A DNA stretch of 63,818 nucleotides, filler included, from Limisphaerales bacterium (GTDB lineage Bacteria; Verrucomicrobiota; Verrucomicrobiia; Limisphaerales; SIBE01): NCBI GenBank assembly GCA_044225505.1. It is 3 parts of 3 records of this genome, joined end to end, with 100 filler letters (N's around TTAATTAATTAA, not from the genome) between each part and the next. Parts side by side here need not be neighbours in the genome. Positions count along the whole stretch, not along the records: positions 1 to 23,888 come from JBGAIN010000135.1; 2 more parts are not named here. One strand, written 5' to 3'. Under the pieces are notes generated by a model. That model worked only from the letters and a program-made list of their open reading frames with translations. It had not been told where the DNA came from and made no database searches. Made by a program: the position numbers and the translations under genes. Within the stretch, counting starts at the first letter, position 1; every line of letters starts with the position of its first letter. Positions 1 through 9,729 of this stretch are shown piece after piece.

Positions 1-144
1 CAAATCGCCCTCGCGGCCGGATTTGCCGACCAAGCCCATTTTTCCAGAACCTTTCTTCGGCTCGTTGGAATGACACCGGGACAATTCCGCATCGCGCGGC
101 GGCAATCCAAGGCGAAGCCATTCGCATTCCGGAAAGAAAGATAA
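1..144 (+). CDS. AraC-family transcriptional regulator, C-terminal end (5' partial)
   Basis: Frame 1 reads QIALAAGFADQAHFSRTFLRLVGMTPGQFR, the AraC second-HTH signature; TAA at 142-144. Confidence 0.9.
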   Translation, partial: QIALAAGFADQAHFSRTFLRLVGMTPGQFRIARRQSKAKPFAFRKER

Positions 145-193
145 GTAGCTTCGAGGACTTCAACTTGGGTTCAATGCTGCGCGGTTCTTTGGT

Positions 194-1708
194 TTAGTGG
201 CCTGCCGCGAGCTTGAGCGCCATTTCCAACGGCTCATCCACGCCGCGTAGCAGACTCGCAACTTTCGTCATGACCTTGTGGTCCGGAACCGTTCCTCTTC
301 CGTTATCTCCGCCAACGGCATTCCAATAGCCATATAATGGCAGCCGAATCTGGAAATGGGTGTTTGGCAGCGTTACGTGCACGAAGGCGCCTGAATTGTT
401 GCCGCCATATCCACCACCGGTTTCCTCGCCGACAAACGTCGCCCTGCCCAAATGATGAGTGATCGCGCAGAAGTCCGCCGCAGTGGAGAAAACTCCGCCA
501 TCGATCAAAACGATGACCTTTCCGCGGAAGGGGTATTTCCCCGGCGCTTGTTCGGCCAGGCCGGCATGCTTCACCTGGAATTCCCCGGAGGAACCGGGTA
601 TCGTTTCACGACTGAGTTCGCGCGTTCTTTCCTCCGACCAGTCCGCCTGAGCCTTAAAGCTCGGATCGATTGTCTTGGCAATGATATGATCAAAGTAGCG
701 GAACGGCCTGTCCATCAGGTACGACACCAACATTGCTCCGTGCATGTCCGGGCCGCCGCCATTGCCACGAAGGTCAATGATGAGTGTCCTTGTTCCTTGC
801 TCAGCCAATGTCTTGAAGATCGCGTCAACCCAGTGCGGGAAATTGTCGCCGTTAAACGAGCGGATGCGTAATTCCGCCAGATCAGGCTGTCTTAGGAAAC
901 GCCAGGCCAAATCATCTTGGGTCCAGTCGATCTTCTTCATTCCCGCTCGGATACGTGCATTGACGGGATTCTCGGATTTCCCCAACTCGTCACGAGTGAG
1001 CCCGGCAAGCTTGACTTCCAGCAGTTGGCCATCTGCAGCTTTCGCTTTCACGAAAAATGAGTCCGGTTGCTCGACTAGAAACCAGTAATACATGGCGAAA
1101 CCGCGTTGGATATGCACCCACTTGCTCGTCTGAATGGCGCCGTCCGAAGACTCGATCCGCGCAAACCGCCGGAGGAGCTCTGGAACCAAGTGTCCGTTGA
1201 TTTCGAGTAACTCCATATCGGGCGCGATGGTCTGATTGTCCGGAGTGTCATTCGATAAAACGATCAGGCGCCCATCTTCGATCATCACCCTCAGCGGAAA
1301 ACGCCGTGCCGTCTGCCAGCCCTGCATTGCTGTCTCGTCCGGATTAATGCTGGTATGCCCGCACTTTACTAAACCCAACGTCTCAGCAAACGTTTCGTAA
1401 CACCCAGACTTCGCCATCGGCTGGCTGAGCTTGGCGCGTTGCGCCGCAAATTTGCGGTCAAGTTCCGTCGCCGTCGCATAGCGGTAAAGTCCAGGGTGGG
1501 CTTCTTCGAGCACCTTCCGCATAAAATCGAAATCCGCCAGGGGCTGATCCGGCGACACATTATCGCTGGTGACGCTCGAAGCTCGACCGGCGGCGGTCGC
1601 ATTCGTGCCGAATTCAAGGACGATCCATACGAGGACAAATGCCCTTAACACGGCAAGCGGATAAGGGCACCGGCCCGTACCAGGCGGGGTGGTTAGGTAG
1701 AAGTTCAT
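194..1708 (-). CDS. S41-family peptidase, exported
   Basis: N-terminal hydrophobic signal; IIDLRGNGGG, FSTAADF and VGEETGG motifs typical of S41/IRBP-like proteases. Confidence 0.85.
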   Translation of the reverse strand: MNFYLTTPPGTGRCPYPLAVLRAFVLVWIVLEFGTNATAAGRASSVTSDNVSPDQPLADFDFMRKVLEEAHPGLYRYATATELDRKFAAQRAKLSQPMAKSGCYETFAETLGLVKCGHTSINPDETAMQGWQTARRFPLRVMIEDGRLIVLSNDTPDNQTIAPDMELLEINGHLVPELLRRFARIESSDGAIQTSKWVHIQRGFAMYYWFLVEQPDSFFVKAKAADGQLLEVKLAGLTRDELGKSENPVNARIRAGMKKIDWTQDDLAWRFLRQPDLAELRIRSFNGDNFPHWVDAIFKTLAEQGTRTLIIDLRGNGGGPDMHGAMLVSYLMDRPFRYFDHIIAKTIDPSFKAQADWSEERTRELSRETIPGSSGEFQVKHAGLAEQAPGKYPFRGKVIVLIDGGVFSTAADFCAITHHLGRATFVGEETGGGYGGNNSGAFVHVTLPNTHFQIRLPLYGYWNAVGGDNGRGTVPDHKVMTKVASLLRGVDEPLEMALKLAAGH

Positions 1709-1989
1709 TATCGCTGCACCTTAACCGCGATCGGGCTCGCCGTCTTGCATCGTTGAAAGAAATTGTCTAGCTCTACTCGACCTCACTCCACCAAAACCGA
1801 AAGAATGGCTCTCGAATGAATCGCAGGAGAGGGACGGCGTCCACTCCGCAGCGGCTGTCAACCAGGTGGCCATCGGACCCGAACCGCGATGTCCAAACAC
1901 GCCCGGGTCGGAGTTTTTCCGCTCTCCGAGAAGTCTAATGCGAAGGAAACGGGAGATTCGATGCGCAGGAGAATCAATTCTACTCCGGA

Positions 1990-2536
1990 AGCTCGCGGAT
2001 GGCCGGGGCGATACCCTGCCGCGTGACCCCAAAGCGATCGGATCAAATGACTTCATCTGCGCGAGTCTTCCGCTCTTCAAGCGCGCTTTCGACAAGAGAG
2101 ATGGCGTTTTGGTGACCATCGACGACTTCGAGACCGCAAGCCGAGCCTATCGAGCCATGTTCCAGAAATTATTCGATACGGTGCCCAATATCACTCCGGA
2201 GAAAAGCGCGTTGGGTGGCTTTTCGAACGGGGCGCACATGACGGCATTGTTGCTCGGAGGACAGGCCGTTTCATTCTGAAACATTTCCGCGCTTTCTATT
2301 TCGCAGAAGGGGGCAATCCACTGGCTGCGAATGTGCTGCATCGAGCTGCAATGAAGCCTTGTCGGTTTCTGTTGATGTGCGGCGACCAGGGACGTGATTA
2401 TTTGAGCCCTGCGGTGGAAGCTAGAGCTAGGGAGTGCGGTTTGGATTTCACGTTCATCACGATGCGAGACACTGGACACGAGTTTCCTTTGAAGTATCAG
2501 CGTTTGCTGGGACAGTGGATTCGTGGAGAGAGATGA
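1990..2536 (+). pseudogene. Truncated, frameshifted alpha/beta-hydrolase-like gene
   Basis: GGFSNGA nucleophile-elbow motif; reading continues in another frame after ~2265 (FILKHFRAFYFAEGG...TGHEFP); no convincing N-terminus. Confidence 0.5.
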
Positions 2537-3666
2537 GATCAAGTTGTTGATAGAACGGCGGGAATGACCGGTTACGAAAATTCCCTCGATTGCAGCGCGG
2601 AGATTTGCTCCGACCCGTTCGGCGTTCCGACAGGCTCGTAACGAGTGTTGGGCCAGTTTCTCCCTGGGCCAGCTGCGTCAGCGCGCCGACTGAACCCGGG
2701 TCGTGCGCGAGGCGTGGGTCCTTAGCCTCGGTGAGATGGGGTTTCATTCTCGGGAGCGACTATCCAACCGGCCTTTTCCCTATTCAGACAAAATCGCAAT
2801 AGCGCGACTTAGCGGCGCGGCCCACTTGCGAAACTGCAGACGATCAGATACTTAGAAAAGCGTCCACAAATGTGGACGCATCTCAACTCGGGCGAGGTTG
2901 GCTCCGACCCAATGATGCGGAGTGACGAATGGCGCACGACAATGCACAAGATATTAACATGGTGCAATGGGTGTGTATGAGTAGTGTAAGGCTCTACTTT
3001 TGCCATTACGAATTGACCTAAGCAGACTGGCACTGGCGCGTAGCGAGTGGGTCAGTGGACCCGTTCTTCACCCGACGGAGAGCGAGTCCCGTCATTTCTA
3101 AGCGGGCACCTCACACGGTTGCCCAGGCAAAGTTATAACCCTGCGAAATCTCAACGCGTCGCACCCTAGCTGCTTGCGGTTCAGTCGCCCCTCTTCCAAT
3201 GCTCGACCATGACGCGAACGTCCTTCGTTGCTCGAGGTGATCTCCTGAGGGCAGGGATATTCGTGTTCCGAGTTGGTTCGATTTGCTGTTTCAAGATTTC
3301 GCGGACATGGCGAACAGCCAGTACTTCGGCCAGAATGGACAACTCGATGCCCAGATTTTCGCGGACCGGGAAACAAGGACGTGAGAACAGAATGAAGAAT
3401 AGCGAGAATTGACGACAGTAGGACCACCACTGCTGCTGGCCCCACTTCGGCGGAGAAGCTCTGTGGAAGCCGATTAACCCGCTTGGGGGATCAGCAAGGG
3501 GTCGTTCAGGCGTCGGCTATGGAGGCGAGGTCTCGGATCGTCAATGGTGTGAGGTGTTTGGTCCGTTGCCACTGATAACGGTCTTTCCATCGCGGTTTCC
3601 AGGTCCACGGCGCTACATCGACACTTGGCTCGACATCATGCTCAGTATTGGCACACTGAACCTGTC

Positions 3667-4413
3667 ATGTCAGAGTCCGATATCGGGCAAGCCGCTCAGG
3701 CTCAATTCACGACCACGCACTGGAGTCTGGTGCTGGCGGCGAGCGGCAGCGGTGCGCCCGCCGCTCAGGATGCCCTGGAACGCCTTTGCCGCGCGTACTG
3801 GTATCCGCTCTACGTGTTCGTCCGCCGTCTCGGACATTCGCCCGCCGATGCCGAGGACTTGACGCAAGGATTCTTCGCCTATTTGCTGGAACATCAATTG
3901 GTGCCCAAGGCGGACCCACAAGCTGGCCGCTTCCGCTCCTTCTTACTCGGCTCGCTCAAACACTTCCTTGCGCACGAGCACGAGCGCGCCACCGCCCTCA
4001 AGCGTGGGGGCGGCCGACCCATCCTCTCCCTCGATGCCGTGGGCCCTGAGGAACGTTATGCATTGGAACCATTGGATGAGGCCACGCCTGACGTCCTCTT
4101 CGACCAGCGCTGGGCGTTACAGCAGATCGAGCAGGCTTTGAAACACCTCCGCGCCGAGTACGCATCTGCAGGTCGGGGCGGCCTTTTCGATCTTCTCAAG
4201 GAATGTGTCTGGGGCGAAAAGAACGCGCTTACGCTGGCTGAGATTGCAGAGCGCCTCGATTCGACCGAGGAGGCCATCAAAAAGTCCGTCCAACGGCTCC
4301 GCCAGCGGTTCCGCGACTGTCTTCGCGCCGAAATCGCCCAGACGGTCGGCGCCCCAGATCAGATCGACGCGGAACTCCGGCACCTGCGGGCGGCGCTGAC
4401 AGCAAGACATTGA
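3667..4413 (+). CDS. ECF sigma-70 factor of the kinase-associated type
   Basis: FTTTHWSLV, ALERLCRAYWYPLY, DAEDLTQGFF, GRFRSFLL and a C-terminal sigma4 HTH; directly upstream of a Ser/Thr kinase gene. Confidence 0.9.
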   Translation: MSESDIGQAAQAQFTTTHWSLVLAASGSGAPAAQDALERLCRAYWYPLYVFVRRLGHSPADAEDLTQGFFAYLLEHQLVPKADPQAGRFRSFLLGSLKHFLAHEHERATALKRGGGRPILSLDAVGPEERYALEPLDEATPDVLFDQRWALQQIEQALKHLRAEYASAGRGGLFDLLKECVWGEKNALTLAEIAERLDSTEEAIKKSVQRLRQRFRDCLRAEIAQTVGAPDQIDAELRHLRAALTARH

Positions 4414-4492
4414 TCCTCGAGGATTTCGGGCTCCGGACCCGGGTTTTCTTTTTCTGTCCCCTTTTACCGCTCTTTCCGGTAGTAACGGTAGA

Positions 4493-7400
4493 ATGGGCCA
4501 ACACCAGTATCCCATGACGATAACCCGGACATGCTACCGTTGCGGATCGGTCGTCCCAGCGTACGCGCCTGACAACCTCTGTCTGGGTTGCTTATTGGAT
4601 ACCGCCGTTGACCCCGATACAGATCTGTCCGGTTCGTCGAGCCAAGCCACCGCAGGCAAATTCGAGGAGAAGATCACGCCGCCCCCAGTTTTCGGCGATT
4701 ACGAGCTTCTCGGCGAATTAGGCCGAGGAGGCCAAGGGGTGGTGTATCGCGCGCGTCATCGCGGTCTGGGACGTTTGGTGGCATTGAAGGCCATCCCTCC
4801 GGCTCACCTGGCCGGCGCGCACGCGCGGGAACGTTTCCGCCTGGAGGCCAGCGCAGCGTCGCGCCTCGACCATCCCAACATCGTGCCGATCTTTGACGTC
4901 GGAGAGCGCGACGGTTTCTGCTTCTACAGCATGAAGCTGGTTGAAGGCGCCACCATCCAACAACTGGTCTCGCGAGGCGTTCCTGACGCTGCCGGCTGCC
5001 GTCGCATGGCCGCCATTTTGATCAAGATCGCCCAGGCCATCTACCACGCGCATCAGCGAGGGGTCCTGCACCGGGACCTGAAGCCGTCCAATGTCCTGCT
5101 CGACCACGAACACGACGTACGTGAGCGATTTTGGCCTCGCGCGGCAGACGGACGAAGACTCTTCGCTGACCGTCAGTCAGGCCCTAATCGGCACGCCCGC
5201 TTATCTGCCGCCAGAAGTCGCGATAGGTGGTGGCCGTCAAGCCACTGTGGCAGCGGACATCTACGGACTGGGAGCGATCCTTTATCAACTTCTTACCGGG
5301 CAGACACTTTTCGCCGGCGCTACCATAGCAGAGACGTTGCGGGCCGTGCAGGATAACGAACCGACCAAACCTCGCCGACTTAATCCCGCGGTTCCATCGG
5401 ACCTGGAAACGATCTGTCTGAAGTGTTTGGAGAAGGAGCCGGAGAAGCGTTATAGCACTGCGCCAGCACTGGCCGGAGATCTCAGTCGTTTCCTTCGAGA
5501 CGAGCCGATTCAGGCGCGTCCTGTCACGCGCGCCGAGCGCGTCTGGCGGTGGTGCCGTCGCAAGCCTGCCCTGGCCGGCGCACTGGGCACCGCGGCCGTT
5601 CTCCTCCTCGCCATGCTCATTGGTTCGCCGATCGCGTTGTGGCGCATCGATTACGAACGGCAGCGGGCGGAGAAAGGCGAGTCGGACGCCCGGCAAAAAG
5701 CTTACGCCTCAGACATGAACCGCGCGCTGCAAGCCTTCCAAGCCGATGAGTTCGATCAGACGCTCCAACTGTTGGACCAGCATCGGCCAAAAGTTAAATC
5801 CGGAATCCGAAATCCGAAATCCGAAGTCGATTTGCGCGGTTGGGAATGGCGCTACTTGTGGCGCCGATGCCAGGGGGAGCAACGGTTTATCCTCGGTGAG
5901 CACATCGACGGCGCTTCTGCCATCGGCATGTTGGCGGACGGGAAGACGGTGTTCTCCGCCGGCAACGACAAGGTTGTTCGGCTGTGGGATTTGGATTCCC
6001 GGCGTCCCATTGGCCTGCTGTCGCATCCGGAGGCCATCATCGGCGCCGCCGCTTCACCCGATGGCCGCTGGCTGGCGACGGCGATGGCGAAAGAAGCTGA
6101 GGGCCAACCCGTATTGCTTTGGGACCTGGCTTCTCGTCAGATCGCCGCCAAGCTCATCACGAGCACGCCCCAGTTCACCAATTTCTGGCTGCGGCCGCAG
6201 GGCATCACCTTTTCACCAGACAGCAAGTGGCTCGCGGTCGCGACCATGTGGGGCGGTGTTCGCCTCTGGAACGTGGACGCGCGGAGCGAAGTGGCTCCTC
6301 TGCCGTCGACCAATAATATTAGCTTCCTCATCGGACTGGCGTTCTCTCCCGACAGCCGCACCTTGGCGTGCAATGAAAACGATTTCGGCGCGATCTCGCT
6401 CTGGGACATCGCCAGCCATTCGGCAACCCGGCTGACCGGGCATGAGAGTGTGATCTCGGCCCTGGCCTTCTCACCCGATGGTCAAACGCTGGCTTCCGGC
6501 AGTCTCGACCGGACCGTCCGGCTGTGGAACCTGGCCGAGCGACGGGAGGAATTTCCATCCCTCACCGATCGAAGTGGTGGGATTACTAGCTTGGCGTTCT
6601 CTGCAGATGGCCGGACTTTGGCCATGGCGGGTGAGGGCGGAGCGGGGCGAGTCATCCGCCTGGTGGATGTTGAAACAGGCAGTCCGAAAGCCGAACTTCG
6701 CGGTCATCTCGAGAATGTTTCTGAGCTGGCGTTCACACCGGATGGAAAAACACTTCTCTCGGCCAGTGCCGATGGCACTCTTCGCGTTTGGGACTCGGTG
6801 CCGCGTGCCTCGCAACAGTCCGCTCACCTGTTCGCTCGAAACTTGATCAGCATTGCCTGGGGCAATTGCGGACCGGCTCTCTTCCTTTCGCCGGATGGCC
6901 GCCATCTTCTGACCATTTACTCGAATGAAACCTTCGCTATCTGGGACACGCTCCGGCTCGCGGAAGGAGCTCGCCACCCGCTTCCTTTTACCAACACGAC
7001 GATGGCATCCGTCGCTCCGGGCGGCCGGTTGGCCGCGTTCGGGAGCCGCGGTGGGGAACTAATGCTTTGGGATGTTGAGGCGAGCCAACCGCGGCCCATC
7101 TCCCAGCCCGGCATGGGCCGGATTCACCGCCTCGTCTTCTCGCCGGACGGCCGCTATTTGGCCGCCGTGGACGATTTCAAACTCTTGTCAGAGATGGCCG
7201 GCAGCAACGACGACCCAAGGCGGACCGTTCGGGTGTGGGATGTGGCCACCCAAAAACTGTCGCACGTCGTTTCTCCCGATGGCCAGTTTCTCTTCTCGGT
7301 GGCATTTTCAGCCGATTCCAAAGCACTCATCGCTGGCGACTGGAGAGGTTTGGTCAAGCTCTGGACCCTCGACGGACCTGCCGAAGTTTCAAGGTTTAAG

Positions 7401-7787
7401 GGACATTCCGGAACCGTCCACGGTCTGGCTTCCCTGCCCGGCGGACATACGCTCATCTCTGCCGGCTCGGACATTCGCTTTTGGGATGTCCGGACTTGCC
7501 GTGAAACCGGCAAGCTCAATTCGAGAAAGGGCGGGTTCATTAGCTTGTCCCTTTCGCCTGACGGCAGCCGTCTTGCCGCCGGAGGTTCGGACGGCCGGAT
7601 TACGATTTACGACTTCGTTTCACGCGAGGAGCGAGCGACGCTCGAGGGGCACCAAGAACAGGTGAGGCAATTGGCCTTTACTCCCGATGGCGATCATCTT
7701 GTTTCTGCCAGTCGCGACCAATTTCGCGTCTGGAGCGCTGCCTCGTGGGCAGAGACCGAGACCCCGGACAAGAGGGTGGGGAAATGA
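4493..7787 (+). CDS. Ser/Thr protein kinase - TM - WD40 repeat protein, with a frameshift at ~5112
   Basis: GRGGQG, VALK and HRDLKPSN in ORF 4493-5356; SDFG, GTPAYLPPE, a TM helix and >10 WD40 repeats in ORF 5091-7787. Confidence 0.88.
5797..5824 (+). repeat. Tandem heptamer repeat (AATCCGA/G)x4 inside the kinase gene
   Basis: aatccgg aatccga aatccga aatccga, within the KSGIRNPKSE coding stretch. Confidence 0.85.
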
Positions 7788-7963
7788 GTGTTGCCAGGAA
7801 GTGCATGAAGGGCGAATCCCGATCGACCCATGGAGCAGACCGAGGATTGGTCTGGTTCAAAGCGCGCAATCAATGATCGGTTCTTAACTGTTGCGCAAAC
7901 CAGCCAGGCCTTTTACCGCACGGTGCAGCCGTGAACCGTCCCCGCCAAAACAAGGAAAATCTG

Positions 7964-9658
7964 ATGAAACAAAAGCATCCACGCACGGTTCACACCGTCC
8001 TGATTCTCTTGCCCGTGACATGGCCGGCATGGTTTCGGAACACCCGAGTCCGACTCATCGCTGTCGCCATGTCCCTGGTCAGTTTTGCTCAAGCGTTCGG
8101 ACAGCCCGTCATCACGGTTCAGCCTACGGTTCAAATCACGACGCCGGGCGCCACGGTCACCTTTTCTGTTACAGCCACAGGCACGGTGCCGCTCGCTTAC
8201 CAATGGCGCTTCAACGACACGGACTTGCCCGACAAAACCAACCGCACCCTCGTGTTGGCCAACGCGCAGGCCAGCCATGCGGGCAACTACTCGGTTAGGG
8301 TGGCCAACGCTTCCGGCTCAGTCACCAGCCGAGTCGCCGGCCTGATGTTCACCACTGTTCATCGCATCGCGGGCATTTCGGCGAACCCAAATCTCAGCAT
8401 TTCGCTGAACCTGGAGGGGGTTGTCCCAAGGTCTTTTGCTCATTACTACGATATCTATCCACTGGAGGTTTCCACGGACCTTGTGGACTGGACTCCGTTG
8501 GTCACGCTCCAGCGTACCAACGATTCCACGGAGGTTTTGATCTTTCGCGACGACGATGCCACGAAATTCGGGCAACGATTCTATCGCACTTCGACCAATC
8601 ACTTATTGACTCCGTTTCCGAAACCTTCGGGCCCGTACCCTGTTGGGACGGTTTCGCGGCTGCTGACCGATCCTTCCCGCAGCAATCGCTATAATATCCG
8701 CACCAACAGCTCGTTTATGGTGACGATCTGGTATCCAGCCGAGGGTCGAGCCAGAGTATTGCCGGCTGCTTACGCCGAAAAGGAAGTCATTCCTATAAGT
8801 CCAAATCTCGTCGCGCAATTTGTGTCGCACGCGCTTCCTGGCGCAGCACTGGCTTCGATTAAAACCAGCTATCCTGTGGTCCTCTACTCACACGGGCTTA
8901 GGAATGGCCTGTACAGGCGGCAAAACAGTGACAAATCAGAGGAACTGGCCAGTCACGGATATGTAGTGGTGGCGGTGGATCACATCAACGCTGCCGTATC
9001 CGTGTTTCCAAACGGCCAGGTCGTCCATGGAACCGCACCCTCCTCGAACTGCGATCAGGCCTCTCTCCAAATCCTTCTCGACAATGCCATCAAGGATTTT
9101 CAGTTCGTTTTGGATGAACTGAGCACCCACGACACGCTTCTGGCAGGGCGAATGGACTTGGAGCGGTTGGGCGCCTTCGGTTTCTCCTGGGGATGTGCCC
9201 CGGTGGCGGAGTTTTGCAGAATCACCCCGGGTTGTAAGGGTGTGGTCCTGTTGGACGGCGGCTACCTTCTCGAGGCGCCGCCCGAGCTTGAACGGCTTGG
9301 ACTGCAAAAGCCGTTCCTTTCAATCAACGTCACGACGGGCTTTCCCGACGACCCTTGTCGTGCGGTAAGTGATTGGTTGTCATCCAGCCAAGCGTTTTTT
9401 GACCGCGCAACTCACGACGCATTCTGGTATCAACTTGAAGATTCCGCGCATGGCACTTTTGACGAGGCAATTGGCCTCATTTACGGTCCAACCTTGAGTT
9501 TCGAGGACGGTCCAACTCCCGCATCCAGGGCTGCTGACATGGCGCTGCGGGCCTGTACGCTCTCCTTCTTCAACAAGTACCTCAAAGGCGAGGACGACCA
9601 TTTGCTGGACGATCCCGCAGCGCTTTATCCCAACATCATCAACTTTCAGAAGAAATGA
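7964..9658 (+). CDS. Exported Ig-domain + PAF-acetylhydrolase-like alpha/beta hydrolase
   Basis: Signal peptide, Ig-like ITVQP...YQWRFN...YSVRV domain, PSGPYPVG, YPVVLYSHG, LASHGYVVVAVDH and GFSWG nucleophile. Confidence 0.8.
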   Translation: MKQKHPRTVHTVLILLPVTWPAWFRNTRVRLIAVAMSLVSFAQAFGQPVITVQPTVQITTPGATVTFSVTATGTVPLAYQWRFNDTDLPDKTNRTLVLANAQASHAGNYSVRVANASGSVTSRVAGLMFTTVHRIAGISANPNLSISLNLEGVVPRSFAHYYDIYPLEVSTDLVDWTPLVTLQRTNDSTEVLIFRDDDATKFGQRFYRTSTNHLLTPFPKPSGPYPVGTVSRLLTDPSRSNRYNIRTNSSFMVTIWYPAEGRARVLPAAYAEKEVIPISPNLVAQFVSHALPGAALASIKTSYPVVLYSHGLRNGLYRRQNSDKSEELASHGYVVVAVDHINAAVSVFPNGQVVHGTAPSSNCDQASLQILLDNAIKDFQFVLDELSTHDTLLAGRMDLERLGAFGFSWGCAPVAEFCRITPGCKGVVLLDGGYLLEAPPELERLGLQKPFLSINVTTGFPDDPCRAVSDWLSSSQAFFDRATHDAFWYQLEDSAHGTFDEAIGLIYGPTLSFEDGPTPASRAADMALRACTLSFFNKYLKGEDDHLLDDPAALYPNIINFQKK

Positions 9659-9729
9659 CCCGTGATTGCTGGAAGGGGTATCCACCATACCTGTGCTGCT
9701 CGCCTAAGCCAGGCCTAAGCCGGACCTGC

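Noticed and set aside
2540..3620. Short ORFs between the hydrolase remnant and the ECF gene
   Set aside because: No recognisable motifs or consistent coding signal; probably decayed sequence
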